A stretch of DNA of 64,000 bases. Source: Candidatus Omnitrophota bacterium. GTDB taxonomy: Bacteria; Omnitrophota; Gorgyraeia; Zapsychrales; Zapsychraceae. How positions within the stretch are numbered: position 1 is the first letter of the stretch; the number at the start of each line of letters is the position of its first letter. Shown here piece by piece: positions 18,866 to 27,737 of the stretch. The stretch is from NCBI GenBank assembly GCA_029261065.1, contig JAJDCB010000028.1, positions 447 through 64,446 on the forward strand. Reading direction: 5' to 3'. A model generated the notes under the pieces. The model was not told the origin of the DNA. It worked only from the letters and a program-made list of their open reading frames with translations, and ran no database searches. The position numbers and the translations under genes were made by a program.

Positions 18866-20824
18866 ATGGGGAATACGAACGGTTTATTCGGGAGTATTCC
18901 CCATTTTTTATTTATTGTCTCCTCAGTGTTATCAAAACGTTCTTCCTTTTATATTCTATTTCTTTTACAAATCTTTGTTTTATTGATAACTACTCCTAGC
19001 GCTGCAACACCCTCTCAAGAAATCTTCAAGCAGGTTTCTCACCAAAATCTTCAACACCATCGAACTTGGCTTAAGCTTCTACATTTTCAGAAAGGTTTAT
19101 TACAAAGTGATATATTAGACGACAATTTTTTTCTAGTATCTGAAGGTAGGGTTGATCCAGCAAAAGAATTAAAGGCTACTGTTGATGCTTATTTTGCACC
19201 ATGGGAGTTAGATGCCAATGAGCATCCACGGTGTAAGTATCCTGCGCGTTATTTTTGGCTTTCAAAACAGGTGTCTTTACCAGGTTATCGTCTAAGAGAT
19301 GAGCGTTGTGAGTCTCTTGAGAAGTGGGCGTTATTTGATAATGTGGAATCCGTGAGCTTACTTTTGGTCAGTGGTTTTTTAGGAAATCCAGCCTCAACAT
19401 TTGGGCATTCCATTCTTAAATTTAATATAGACTCACCTGATGATCAATTAGGTTTATTTGATTTGACACTTAGCTATGGTGCGATGGTTCCTCCTAAAGA
19501 AAATGCACTTCGGTATGTGATCCGAGGTCTTTTTGGTGGTTATCAGGCTGGGTTTTCCGATAAATATTTTTACACGCAAGATATGGTGTATACGCGTCGA
19601 GAGTTTCGTGATATATGGGATTATAGATTGAATTTATCAGACAATGAACGCACTCTTCTCATCTTGCATATTTGGGAAATAATAGGTAAGAAGTTTGATT
19701 ATTACTTTTTGGAAAAGAATTGTGCTTACAAACTGGCTGAACTCTTGGAGATGGTGACGGAGGAAACGTTTCTTGATCAAAAGCGATTTTGGTATCTTCC
19801 TGAGGATATGTTTCATCGTCTTAAAGATATCGATCAACATAAGAGTGGTCCTTCCAAAAGACTTATTAAATCCGTCACATATCTGCCTTCCAGTCAGAGG
19901 AAGCTTTTTAATCAGTTAAAGTTGTTAGGAGAAGATGAATTAAAACTTTTTAATAGGATCGTCAAGGAAGGTCTTAATGTGGCCACTTTAGATTTTAAAG
20001 ATATGGAAGTTGATAGGAAGATATTGATTCTCGATAGCTTGTTGGCCTATTTGCATTATCGCTTGATAGCTCAAGGAGAGGAGGCTTCTCGTCATTTGAA
20101 GGAAAAAAAGAATCAGGTTTTACGGGCGCGATTGAAGTTGCCCGCTCAGAAAAGGATGGTGCCTCCTGTTGAAGAGCTAAGTTCCCCCGCCGATGGATCT
20201 CGTCCTATGGAGATACAAATGGCTGTTGGTGTTGACACCGAGGATGATGCATTTATGCGTTTAAGTTGGTCGCCGTTTAAAAAAGAAATAATTGGACGCA
20301 ATAGCCTTCTAGGCGATGAGCTTGTAGTTTTTGATTTATCTGTTGGTTTGCTTGAATCTGGACGCACCGTTTTTATTGATGAGTTCGACTTAATCAAAAT
20401 AAGTCATCTAAGTACATGGGGGCTTAAGATGCCGGATGAACGCTTGTGGTCGTGGCAAATGCGAATTGGTATGGACCGTGTAGAAAGTGGAGAAAAATAT
20501 CGTTATGATGGTATTATGAGTTACGCACCTGGGTATGCTTGGCAATTAAGGAAAGACACTTATATTTATGCTTTTCTAGAAGGATCATTGCACACCCTTG
20601 ATCCTTTTGTTCGTTTAAAACCACATTTAGGATTTAAATTTGATGTGGGATCATTAAAAAGTTTGATTACCTTTGGAGTTGAGACTGAAAGTTATGACGG
20701 AGAATTTTCTGAAGTGTGGGGTGCCAAGTTACAATATCCATTGGCAGATCGAACATCTTTAGATATTGAAGTGACGAATGAAAAAGCAACTAAGGCTGTG
20801 TTGGGCTTAAATTGGTGTTTTTAG
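18866..20824 (+). CDS. DUF4105 (Lnb N-terminal periplasmic domain)-family envelope protein
   Basis: 652-aa ORF with an N-terminal hydrophobic segment and motifs ..GNPASTFGHSILKF.. and ..FLEKNCAYKLAELLE.. typical of DUF4105. Frequently paired with DUF3015 proteins. The exact start is uncertain. Confidence 0.45.
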   Translation: MGNTNGLFGSIPHFLFIVSSVLSKRSSFYILFLLQIFVLLITTPSAATPSQEIFKQVSHQNLQHHRTWLKLLHFQKGLLQSDILDDNFFLVSEGRVDPAKELKATVDAYFAPWELDANEHPRCKYPARYFWLSKQVSLPGYRLRDERCESLEKWALFDNVESVSLLLVSGFLGNPASTFGHSILKFNIDSPDDQLGLFDLTLSYGAMVPPKENALRYVIRGLFGGYQAGFSDKYFYTQDMVYTRREFRDIWDYRLNLSDNERTLLILHIWEIIGKKFDYYFLEKNCAYKLAELLEMVTEETFLDQKRFWYLPEDMFHRLKDIDQHKSGPSKRLIKSVTYLPSSQRKLFNQLKLLGEDELKLFNRIVKEGLNVATLDFKDMEVDRKILILDSLLAYLHYRLIAQGEEASRHLKEKKNQVLRARLKLPAQKRMVPPVEELSSPADGSRPMEIQMAVGVDTEDDAFMRLSWSPFKKEIIGRNSLLGDELVVFDLSVGLLESGRTVFIDEFDLIKISHLSTWGLKMPDERLWSWQMRIGMDRVESGEKYRYDGIMSYAPGYAWQLRKDTYIYAFLEGSLHTLDPFVRLKPHLGFKFDVGSLKSLITFGVETESYDGEFSEVWGAKLQYPLADRTSLDIEVTNEKATKAVLGLNWCF

Positions 20825-20827
20825 AAA

Positions 20828-22144
20828 ATGGATGGTGAAATGAATTTAGATGCGAATGCACGTTATAAATCTCAGGCTATATCATATACTCAGGCTGTTG
20901 CGGAGATATTTTATGCCGTTTTGGAAAAAAAGTATCCATTGGATAAGGAGCTTAAGTCCTACTTCCGTCAGCATGGGGAATGTGGTTCGCGCGATCGGTA
21001 TGCAATTAGTGAAAGTTGTTTTAGTTTGTTTCGTTGGTTTGGGTGGCTTGATTCCCGTTTGCCCAAGGGGATGCCGGCAAAGCCGTTTGAATCACAAAAA
21101 TTTTGTCATGCGCTTGCGGCTGCTTTGTGGTTAGAAGGTCATAATGATCTTCCATTTTTTTCTTCTCTTATAGATCAGACCCGTATCGATGTATCTTTTA
21201 TGTCGTCGACTCCAAACGACATTCAAGGAAAGATAAAGGGGTTGGGCCATTTTTTTAAATTAAGAAAATTAGATGCTGCACAATTGATTCCAGAATGGTT
21301 CGTTCCAATTCTTCCAGACGGAACAGATGTAAATGCTTTAATTGACTCTTTGCAAAGACGTCCTCCTGTATGGATTCGTATTCAAAATAAATCGCATATA
21401 CGTGTGAAAAAAGAATTGGAAAAAAGAGAGGTGGTTTTTTTTGAACATCCTCATTGTTTAAATGCGATTCGAATTCAAGATACGAAATTTAGAGCGAATG
21501 AATTTCTGGGTTATCAATCAGGTGATTTTGAGATTCAAGATTTGGCTAGCCAATGTATTGGCTTGGTGTGCCAAGCAAAAACGGATCACGTTTGGTGGGA
21601 TGTTTGTGCTGGTGCGGGGGGAAAAAGTTTGATGTTAGCTGATGAGATGCAAGGTAAGGGGAGGTGTGTTGCAACGGATATTCGTGAAGATCTCCTAGAT
21701 AAACTTAAACCACGTGCTCGGCGTGGCAAATTTAAAAATATTAGTGTAAGCCCGATTGGGGATGTCTGTGCGAGTACGAATATGTTTGACGGAGTCCTAG
21801 TAGATGCCCCGTGTTCGTGTACGGGTATCTGGCGTCGAAATCCTGATCTTAAATGGACAACGAAGGTCGATGCTTGCATGAAAGCTACTCAAGCGCAATT
21901 AGATATTTGTGAGATGGCGTCGAAAAAGGTTAAAAAAGGTGGTGTGTTGGTATATGCCACGTGTAGTCTTAGTGTTGAGGAAAATGAAAATTGTGTGAGA
22001 GCTTTCTTAAAGAAGGAAAAAGATTTTCAATTAGAAGGCTTTGCCAATCCTCTGAATGGAAAACCTTGTGATGGACAGTGCCGAATTTCTTTTCAACCCT
22101 TTGATAATGATGGTATGTTTGTTGCGAGACTTAGAAAATCATGA
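20828..22144 (+). CDS. RsmB/RsmF (NOL1/NOP2/Sun)-family rRNA cytosine-C5 methyltransferase
   Basis: SAM-MTase motifs ..DVCAGAGGKSLMLADEM.., ..VLVDAPCSCTGIWRRNPDLKW.., ..LVYATCSLSVEENE... Its stop overlaps the next start (ATGA at 22141). Confidence 0.85.
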   Translation: MDGEMNLDANARYKSQAISYTQAVAEIFYAVLEKKYPLDKELKSYFRQHGECGSRDRYAISESCFSLFRWFGWLDSRLPKGMPAKPFESQKFCHALAAALWLEGHNDLPFFSSLIDQTRIDVSFMSSTPNDIQGKIKGLGHFFKLRKLDAAQLIPEWFVPILPDGTDVNALIDSLQRRPPVWIRIQNKSHIRVKKELEKREVVFFEHPHCLNAIRIQDTKFRANEFLGYQSGDFEIQDLASQCIGLVCQAKTDHVWWDVCAGAGGKSLMLADEMQGKGRCVATDIREDLLDKLKPRARRGKFKNISVSPIGDVCASTNMFDGVLVDAPCSCTGIWRRNPDLKWTTKVDACMKATQAQLDICEMASKKVKKGGVLVYATCSLSVEENENCVRAFLKKEKDFQLEGFANPLNGKPCDGQCRISFQPFDNDGMFVARLRKS

Positions 22145-23187
22145 GTCATTTAAGCACGCCTAAAGTTTCTATCCTTTTACCAAATTACAATACTCGCCCC
22201 TTTCTTCAATCAAGGATGGATTCTATTGTTAATCAAACTTATAAAAACTGGGAACTTATTATTGTTGATTGTCATTCGAATGATGGGGCATGGGAATTTT
22301 TTAAAAGTTTTGAAGGATCATCGTATGATATACAAATGAAGCAAATACCGAGGGAAGGCATTTATAAAACGATTAATGCGTGTTTGGCTTCAGCTTCGGG
22401 AGAATATATCTATATTGCAACAAGTGACGATACGATGCGAGAAGATTGTTTAGAGAAGATGGTTCTCGCCCTTGAAGATCATCAAGAGTGTGGACTTGCT
22501 CATTGCTGTTTGACGATTATTGACGAAGAGGGGCGCCCAAGTCGTATTGTTTGGGATAATTTTCTTCCCCAAAAGTTTCATAAAGAAACAATTTCAAAAA
22601 TGCATGTTCGTCAAGCGCCATGGGATGGTTTGTTGTATTTTGGGTTGGGTTCTATATATACCTCTTTAACACAACTTTTAATAAGACGGGATGTTTTTAA
22701 GAAAGTGGGTGAATTTAAGAGCGATTGGGGTTCGATCGGTGATGTGGAATGGTGTATGCGTGTAGCATTAAATTATAATACGCTTCATGTGCCTGAATAT
22801 TTAGCAACTTGGCGTAAGCACGACAAACAAGCCACACCAAAAAAGGTAGACACTTTAAAAAATTGCCAATTACGAGTCTCGATAGTTCAATCAGTTTTTG
22901 AAGATTGTAGAGATAATAATGTTGATTTATACAAAATGATCAAATCAGCTAATTTATTAGATTTTTACTTGTATGAATTATTCACAAAGCTTCTTGCTCA
23001 AAATTCATCAATTTTTAATAAGAGTTCTATTATCTTAAAATACGCCTTTTCTTATCCTCGGTTGCTTATAAGAAAAATAGTGGAAAAAATTAGATTTTTT
23101 ATGGGCGATAAAAACTACATGGGCCCGGATGATGTTTATAGAATAGAAGGGCTTGTGCAGAAACTTGGTTTCATAGCGAGTGATTAA
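22141..23187 (+). CDS. Glycosyltransferase family 2 (GT-A fold), paralog 1
   Basis: ..KVSILLPNYNTRPFLQSRMDSIVNQTYKNWELIIVDCHSNDGAWEFF.. is the GT2 N-terminal signature. About 70% identical to the 26231..27256 product. Confidence 0.8.
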   Translation: MSHLSTPKVSILLPNYNTRPFLQSRMDSIVNQTYKNWELIIVDCHSNDGAWEFFKSFEGSSYDIQMKQIPREGIYKTINACLASASGEYIYIATSDDTMREDCLEKMVLALEDHQECGLAHCCLTIIDEEGRPSRIVWDNFLPQKFHKETISKMHVRQAPWDGLLYFGLGSIYTSLTQLLIRRDVFKKVGEFKSDWGSIGDVEWCMRVALNYNTLHVPEYLATWRKHDKQATPKKVDTLKNCQLRVSIVQSVFEDCRDNNVDLYKMIKSANLLDFYLYELFTKLLAQNSSIFNKSSIILKYAFSYPRLLIRKIVEKIRFFMGDKNYMGPDDVYRIEGLVQKLGFIASD

Positions 23188-23353
23188 TTCTTCGGTAACC
23201 TCCTTGGACTCCCCTTAGCAATTGCGGGATATCATTAGTAAAACTTTTGCTTTTTTCCTTCCTAAATAAGTTAGTGTTTTGTCTTGTTTATATCAAAGAA
23301 GTGGTTAGTTTCTCAAGCCTTGTTTAATCATTGATAAATGTTATGCTTTTTAT

Positions 23354-23803
23354 ATGAAACGGTGTCTATTTTTCACATGTTTGTTTTTTATTATATCTGT
23401 AAGTGTTTGCAACGCAGATATATATAGATATAAGGATGACAAGGGGACTGATTGGTTTGTTGATAATATTGATGCTGTGCCCCAACAGTATAGAGGCCAA
23501 CTCAAAGGGGTGATTAAGTCTGCAGCCTATGTTCCTCCTCAAAAATCAACAAGACGAAAGAACGCTGTTGGTCCAAGAAAAGTCGAGATTTTTGTTACAG
23601 AATCATGTCCTTACTGCACACAGCTTGAGGAGCATCTTAAGGCTGCCAAAGTTAAGTATAAGAAGTTAGACATTATAAAGAGTAAAGAAGCTGGTAAGGA
23701 GTACAAAAAGATTAAAGGACGCGGCGTTCCTATTTTACGATATGGTAAGAAAATTATTCGCGGTTATAACAAAGCCGAAATTGATAAGGTGTTAAAGATT
23801 TAG
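23354..23803 (+). CDS. Secreted DUF4124-like / glutaredoxin-domain fusion protein
   Basis: Signal peptide MKRCLFFTCLFFIISVSVCNA. ..DIYRYKDDKGTDWFVDNIDAVP.. is a DUF4124-like motif. ..VTESCPYCTQLEEHLKAAKVKYKKLDI..GRGVPIL.. is a CPYC glutaredoxin/thioredoxin fold. Confidence 0.6.
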   Translation: MKRCLFFTCLFFIISVSVCNADIYRYKDDKGTDWFVDNIDAVPQQYRGQLKGVIKSAAYVPPQKSTRRKNAVGPRKVEIFVTESCPYCTQLEEHLKAAKVKYKKLDIIKSKEAGKEYKKIKGRGVPILRYGKKIIRGYNKAEIDKVLKI

Positions 23804-24127
23804 ATAAAGGAGCTGATTGGGTTACTACGTGTCCTAATAGGATTTATAGTGCGATAATTTGCTTCTTTTACATTTTTTGAACCTACCCTTTGTGAAATAA
23901 TTTCTAAACAAATAGTACAGATATTGCAAATGTTTAAGTAGAATAAAAAGGATCTATTAAAATAAGGGTTAAGATATGAAGCGTTTTAAAAAAATATTTA
24001 CAAAGAAACCGGTATCAAGTAGGTATGGATTTCTGGGGCTTTGCTCTAGGGATGCATTGCACGTAAGTGCATATCCATTTATTACAAAAAGGAAAATTGC
24101 TTAAATATTTAAAAAGGGAATGATGGT

Positions 24128-25060
24128 ATGAGTTTAGCTCCAATAGTATTTTTGGTTTACAATCGTCTTTCGCATACGCAAAAGACATTTGAAGCGATTT
24201 TAAAAAATGAGCTGGCCCAAGACACAGAAGTTTTTATCTTTTGTGATGGTGCCAAGAATGAGGTAGATCAGCCTCGTGTTTTAGAGGTTAGAAATTTTGT
24301 GCGGGGGATTAAAGGATTTAAAAGTATCACAATTATTGATAGCGAAAAGAATAAGGGCTTGGCTAATTCTGTTATAAACGGTGTTTCTCAAGTGGTGAAA
24401 AAATTTGGAAAAGTGATTGTACTGGAAGATGATTTAGAAACTTCACAATATTTTTTGAAATATATGAATGATGCTTTAAATAAATATGAAACTGAGGAGC
24501 GAGTGATGCAAATCAGTGGCTACAATTATCCTATTGAAACAAAGGGTCTCAATGAAACGTTTTTTTACAGGCATGGCAGTTCTTGGGGGTGGGCGACGTG
24601 GGCTCGGGCGTGGCAACATTTTGAGCCGAATATTGATGTTTTGATCTCTAAATTCGATAAAAAAAGAAAGTTTAGATTCTGTATGGATGGGAGTAATCCT
24701 GAGTTTTGGAAATTAATGATACAACAGCAGCAAGTTAAGGTTGATTCCTGGGCGATCCGTTGGTGTGCAAGTTTTTTTATTGAAAATGGTTTGGTGTTAA
24801 GACCGCGGCAATCACTTGTTAGAAATATAGGTATGGATGGAACGGGAGTGCATTGCGGGGCGAGTACGATTTATGATGTTGAGCTGGCAAAAGGAGAGGT
24901 AGTCGAGTTTGAAGAGGTGATTGAAGAGTCAAAACTTGCTCATCAACACAACAAAAATTATTTTATTAAAATTTCATCATCTGGCCTTGTTAATCGAATG
25001 ATTAATCGCACTAAAAGAATGTTAGGCATTGTTGATGAGTTAAAAATATTTTCTAAATAG
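24128..25060 (+). CDS. GT-A fold glycosyltransferase, GnT-I (GT13)-like with EDD motif
   Basis: ..PIVFLVYNRLSHTQKTFEAI.. then ..VIVLEDDLETSQYFLKYM.. resembles the EDDLE catalytic motif region of GnT-I-family transferases. 310 aa. Confidence 0.45.
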   Translation: MSLAPIVFLVYNRLSHTQKTFEAILKNELAQDTEVFIFCDGAKNEVDQPRVLEVRNFVRGIKGFKSITIIDSEKNKGLANSVINGVSQVVKKFGKVIVLEDDLETSQYFLKYMNDALNKYETEERVMQISGYNYPIETKGLNETFFYRHGSSWGWATWARAWQHFEPNIDVLISKFDKKRKFRFCMDGSNPEFWKLMIQQQQVKVDSWAIRWCASFFIENGLVLRPRQSLVRNIGMDGTGVHCGASTIYDVELAKGEVVEFEEVIEESKLAHQHNKNYFIKISSSGLVNRMINRTKRMLGIVDELKIFSK

Positions 25061-25073
25061 GAATAAATAGGGT

Positions 25074-26234
25074 ATGAAAGTCCTTTACGATTATCAAACA
25101 TTTCAATTTCAGACCTTTGGCGGCATCTCACGCTATTTTGTGGAGTTGATGCGGTTATTAGAGTCGAATCATAAGTTGGACATTAATCTTCCACGTATTT
25201 ATTCAAAGAATAGTTACATCAAACAGCTTCATTTGCCTAAAGGTAATGTGTTAAGGGCTGTTGAGTATAAAGATTTTTTTCCCAATTCTGAATTTAAAGG
25301 GAAATGGAGTTTATTTTGTTTGCTTGAAAAGTGGGGGGTGCTTACTGATGGGAAATCTTATAATCAAGTGAGTTCGGCTGAGCGGATCAAGCTGCAGGAT
25401 TTTGATATCTTTCATCCTACCTATTATGAAACTTATTTCTTAGAACATATCGGATCAAAGCCTTTTGTTTTAACGGTGCATGACATGATTCATGAAGCGT
25501 TATGTGAGAGTGTTCCTACCTTTAATGTTCCTTTGATTCAACAAAAGAAAGAACTCATTGAGAGATGTTCTAAGATTATTGCTGTTTCGGAGTCAACCAA
25601 ACAAGCAATTATTAAAATGTATAATACCGAGGCTGATAAAATTAGGGTGGTGCATCATGGTAATTCGATGAATCCCGCTGATGGGTTGACTGTGACAATG
25701 AAGTTGCCACAAAAATATGTGCTTTACGTTGGTAGGCGAGATTTCTATAAAAATTTTGACTGCTTGATCCGTTCCTTGGCGCCTTTGTTGAAAAAAGATA
25801 AAGACTTTTATCTTATATGTGCGGGAGGTGCGCCCTTAAAGGACAATGAAGTTAAACAATTAAAAACATTCGATGTTGAAAATAAGGTTTTGTATTATGA
25901 TATTGATGATAACCGTTTAGTTCAATTGTATAGTCATGCACAAGCTTTTATTTTTCCCTCACTTTATGAAGGTTTTGGAATTCCGATTCTTGAAGCTTTT
26001 GCTTGTGGTTGCCCTGTTCTTCTTAATGATATAGCTGTTTTTCATGAGGTGGCGGAGGATGCTGCTATTTATTTTAAGGCTGATAACGAGGAGAGTACGC
26101 GTGAGGCTGTGTTAAATATCATAAATGATGATCAACTAAAATGCCGTCTTAAGAAAGATGGGGGTCGTCGTTTGGCATGTTTTTCTTGGGAGAAAACGGC
26201 AGAATCAACTTATGAGGTTTATAAAGAGTTATGA
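25074..26234 (+). CDS. Glycosyltransferase family 4 (GT-B fold)
   Basis: C-terminal GT4 signature ..LYVGRRDFYKNFDCLIRSL..FPSLYEGFGIPILEAFACGCPVLLNDIAVFHEVAEDAAIYF... Its stop overlaps the next start (ATGA at 26231). Confidence 0.8.
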   Translation: MKVLYDYQTFQFQTFGGISRYFVELMRLLESNHKLDINLPRIYSKNSYIKQLHLPKGNVLRAVEYKDFFPNSEFKGKWSLFCLLEKWGVLTDGKSYNQVSSAERIKLQDFDIFHPTYYETYFLEHIGSKPFVLTVHDMIHEALCESVPTFNVPLIQQKKELIERCSKIIAVSESTKQAIIKMYNTEADKIRVVHHGNSMNPADGLTVTMKLPQKYVLYVGRRDFYKNFDCLIRSLAPLLKKDKDFYLICAGGAPLKDNEVKQLKTFDVENKVLYYDIDDNRLVQLYSHAQAFIFPSLYEGFGIPILEAFACGCPVLLNDIAVFHEVAEDAAIYFKADNEESTREAVLNIINDDQLKCRLKKDGGRRLACFSWEKTAESTYEVYKEL

Positions 26235-27256
26235 GTTTATCCCCTTCACCAAAGGTTTCAATTCTATTACCAAATCTAAACGCACGTCCATTTCTAGAAG
26301 ATAGAATGGATTCTATTGTTAATCAAACTTACAAAAATTGGGAACTTATTATTGTTGATGGGTATTCGGATGATGGCTCTTGGAAATTTTTTCAAGAATT
26401 TAAAACTAAAAATTATGTAACTCACATGCAACAAAGCCCACGTGAAGGAATTTATAAGGCAATTAATAAATGCTTATCCTTATCTTCAGGAGAATACATT
26501 TATATTGCTACCAGTGATGATACGATGAGTGTTGATTGTTTGGAGAAGATGGTTGCAGCTCTTAAAGATCATAAAGAATGTGGTTTAGCACATTGTTGCC
26601 TAACGATAATAGATGAGCAGGGAAAGCCAAGTCCGATTGTGTGGGATTATTTTCCTACTCAGCAGTTTTATGGTGAGAAATTTCATACGAGCTATGTTCG
26701 AGAAGCTCCTATAGATGGTCTATTATATTTTGGGTTGGGATCCGTGTATACGTCTTTAACGCAACTTCTTATTAGAAAAAGTGTTTTTGATAATGTTGGT
26801 GTGTTTAAAAATGATTGGGGAGCGATAGGTGATGTTGAATGGTGTATGCGAGTATCATTAACTTGTGATGCGATTCATGTTCCCGAATATTTGGCGACTT
26901 GGCGTAAGCATGAGAAACAGGCGACTCCGCAGAAAGCAGATACTTTAAAAAGCTGCCAAGATCGCATTGCCATGGCTCATTCCGTGCTTGAGTTTATCAA
27001 ACAAAATAATAAAGAGGTTTATCGATTGATTCAAGCGAAGAAGTTGTTTGATTTCTATGAGTATGAAGAGTTTACTAAGCTTCTTGCTGAGGTGTCCTCG
27101 CCATTTCAAAAATTTTTACTGACTGCTAAAAATTGTTTTTTAAATCCTCGTTTGGTATTAAGGAAAATAGTAGAGAAGATTAGATTTGTTTTTGGTGATC
27201 AGAATTATATGGGGTTAGATAATGTCAGTAGGATGAAAAAGTTGATTTATAAGTAA
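26231..27256 (+). CDS. Glycosyltransferase family 2, paralog 2
   Basis: ..KVSILLPNLNARPFLEDRMDSIVNQTYKNWELIIVDGYSDDGSWKFF... Collinear ~70% identity with the 22141..23187 product across the full length. Confidence 0.8.
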   Translation: MSLSPSPKVSILLPNLNARPFLEDRMDSIVNQTYKNWELIIVDGYSDDGSWKFFQEFKTKNYVTHMQQSPREGIYKAINKCLSLSSGEYIYIATSDDTMSVDCLEKMVAALKDHKECGLAHCCLTIIDEQGKPSPIVWDYFPTQQFYGEKFHTSYVREAPIDGLLYFGLGSVYTSLTQLLIRKSVFDNVGVFKNDWGAIGDVEWCMRVSLTCDAIHVPEYLATWRKHEKQATPQKADTLKSCQDRIAMAHSVLEFIKQNNKEVYRLIQAKKLFDFYEYEEFTKLLAEVSSPFQKFLLTAKNCFLNPRLVLRKIVEKIRFVFGDQNYMGLDNVSRMKKLIYK

Positions 27257-27260
27257 TATT

Positions 27261-27704
27261 ATGAAATTAACAAAAAAAATATTATTTTTAAAAATTATTT
27301 TTATTTGTACAGGGGCTATTGCTTCGATGTTGAGTTTTCAATATTTACTTTCTTCAGTCTCTTCATTATTTGACGTCTCGTCAGGTGCTAGATCTTCGAA
27401 TGAAGAAGCTCTTGCAAATGCAATTTCTAAGGGAATAGTAACAGCTGTCCCATCTCTTTGCTTTTTGATGTGTTCTATTTGGCTTGGGAGTGGACATAAG
27501 TTTACCTTTTGGGGGATTAGAGCTCAATATAATCCGTTGATTTTATCTGTGAGTGTAGCTATTATTGGAACATATCTTTATTTTTCTAATCCATCCCTTA
27601 CAGATGTTGCTATAGCTGCTATTGGAGGTGGAATTCTTGGGAGTATGGTTTGTAGTTTTTTTGTTTTAATCGATCTTACGTTATATCGAAAGGAAAATGG
27701 ATAG
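27261..27704 (+). CDS. Small integral membrane protein (hypothetical, ~4 TM)
   Basis: Hydrophobic segments IIFICTGAIASMLSF, VPSLCFLMCSIWLG, LILSVSVAIIGTYLYF, IAAIGGGILGSMVCSFFVLIDL. Confidence 0.5.
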   Translation: MKLTKKILFLKIIFICTGAIASMLSFQYLLSSVSSLFDVSSGARSSNEEALANAISKGIVTAVPSLCFLMCSIWLGSGHKFTFWGIRAQYNPLILSVSVAIIGTYLYFSNPSLTDVAIAAIGGGILGSMVCSFFVLIDLTLYRKENG

Positions 27705-27737
27705 AAATGTATTTTTTGTTCATAATGATTGTAGCGT

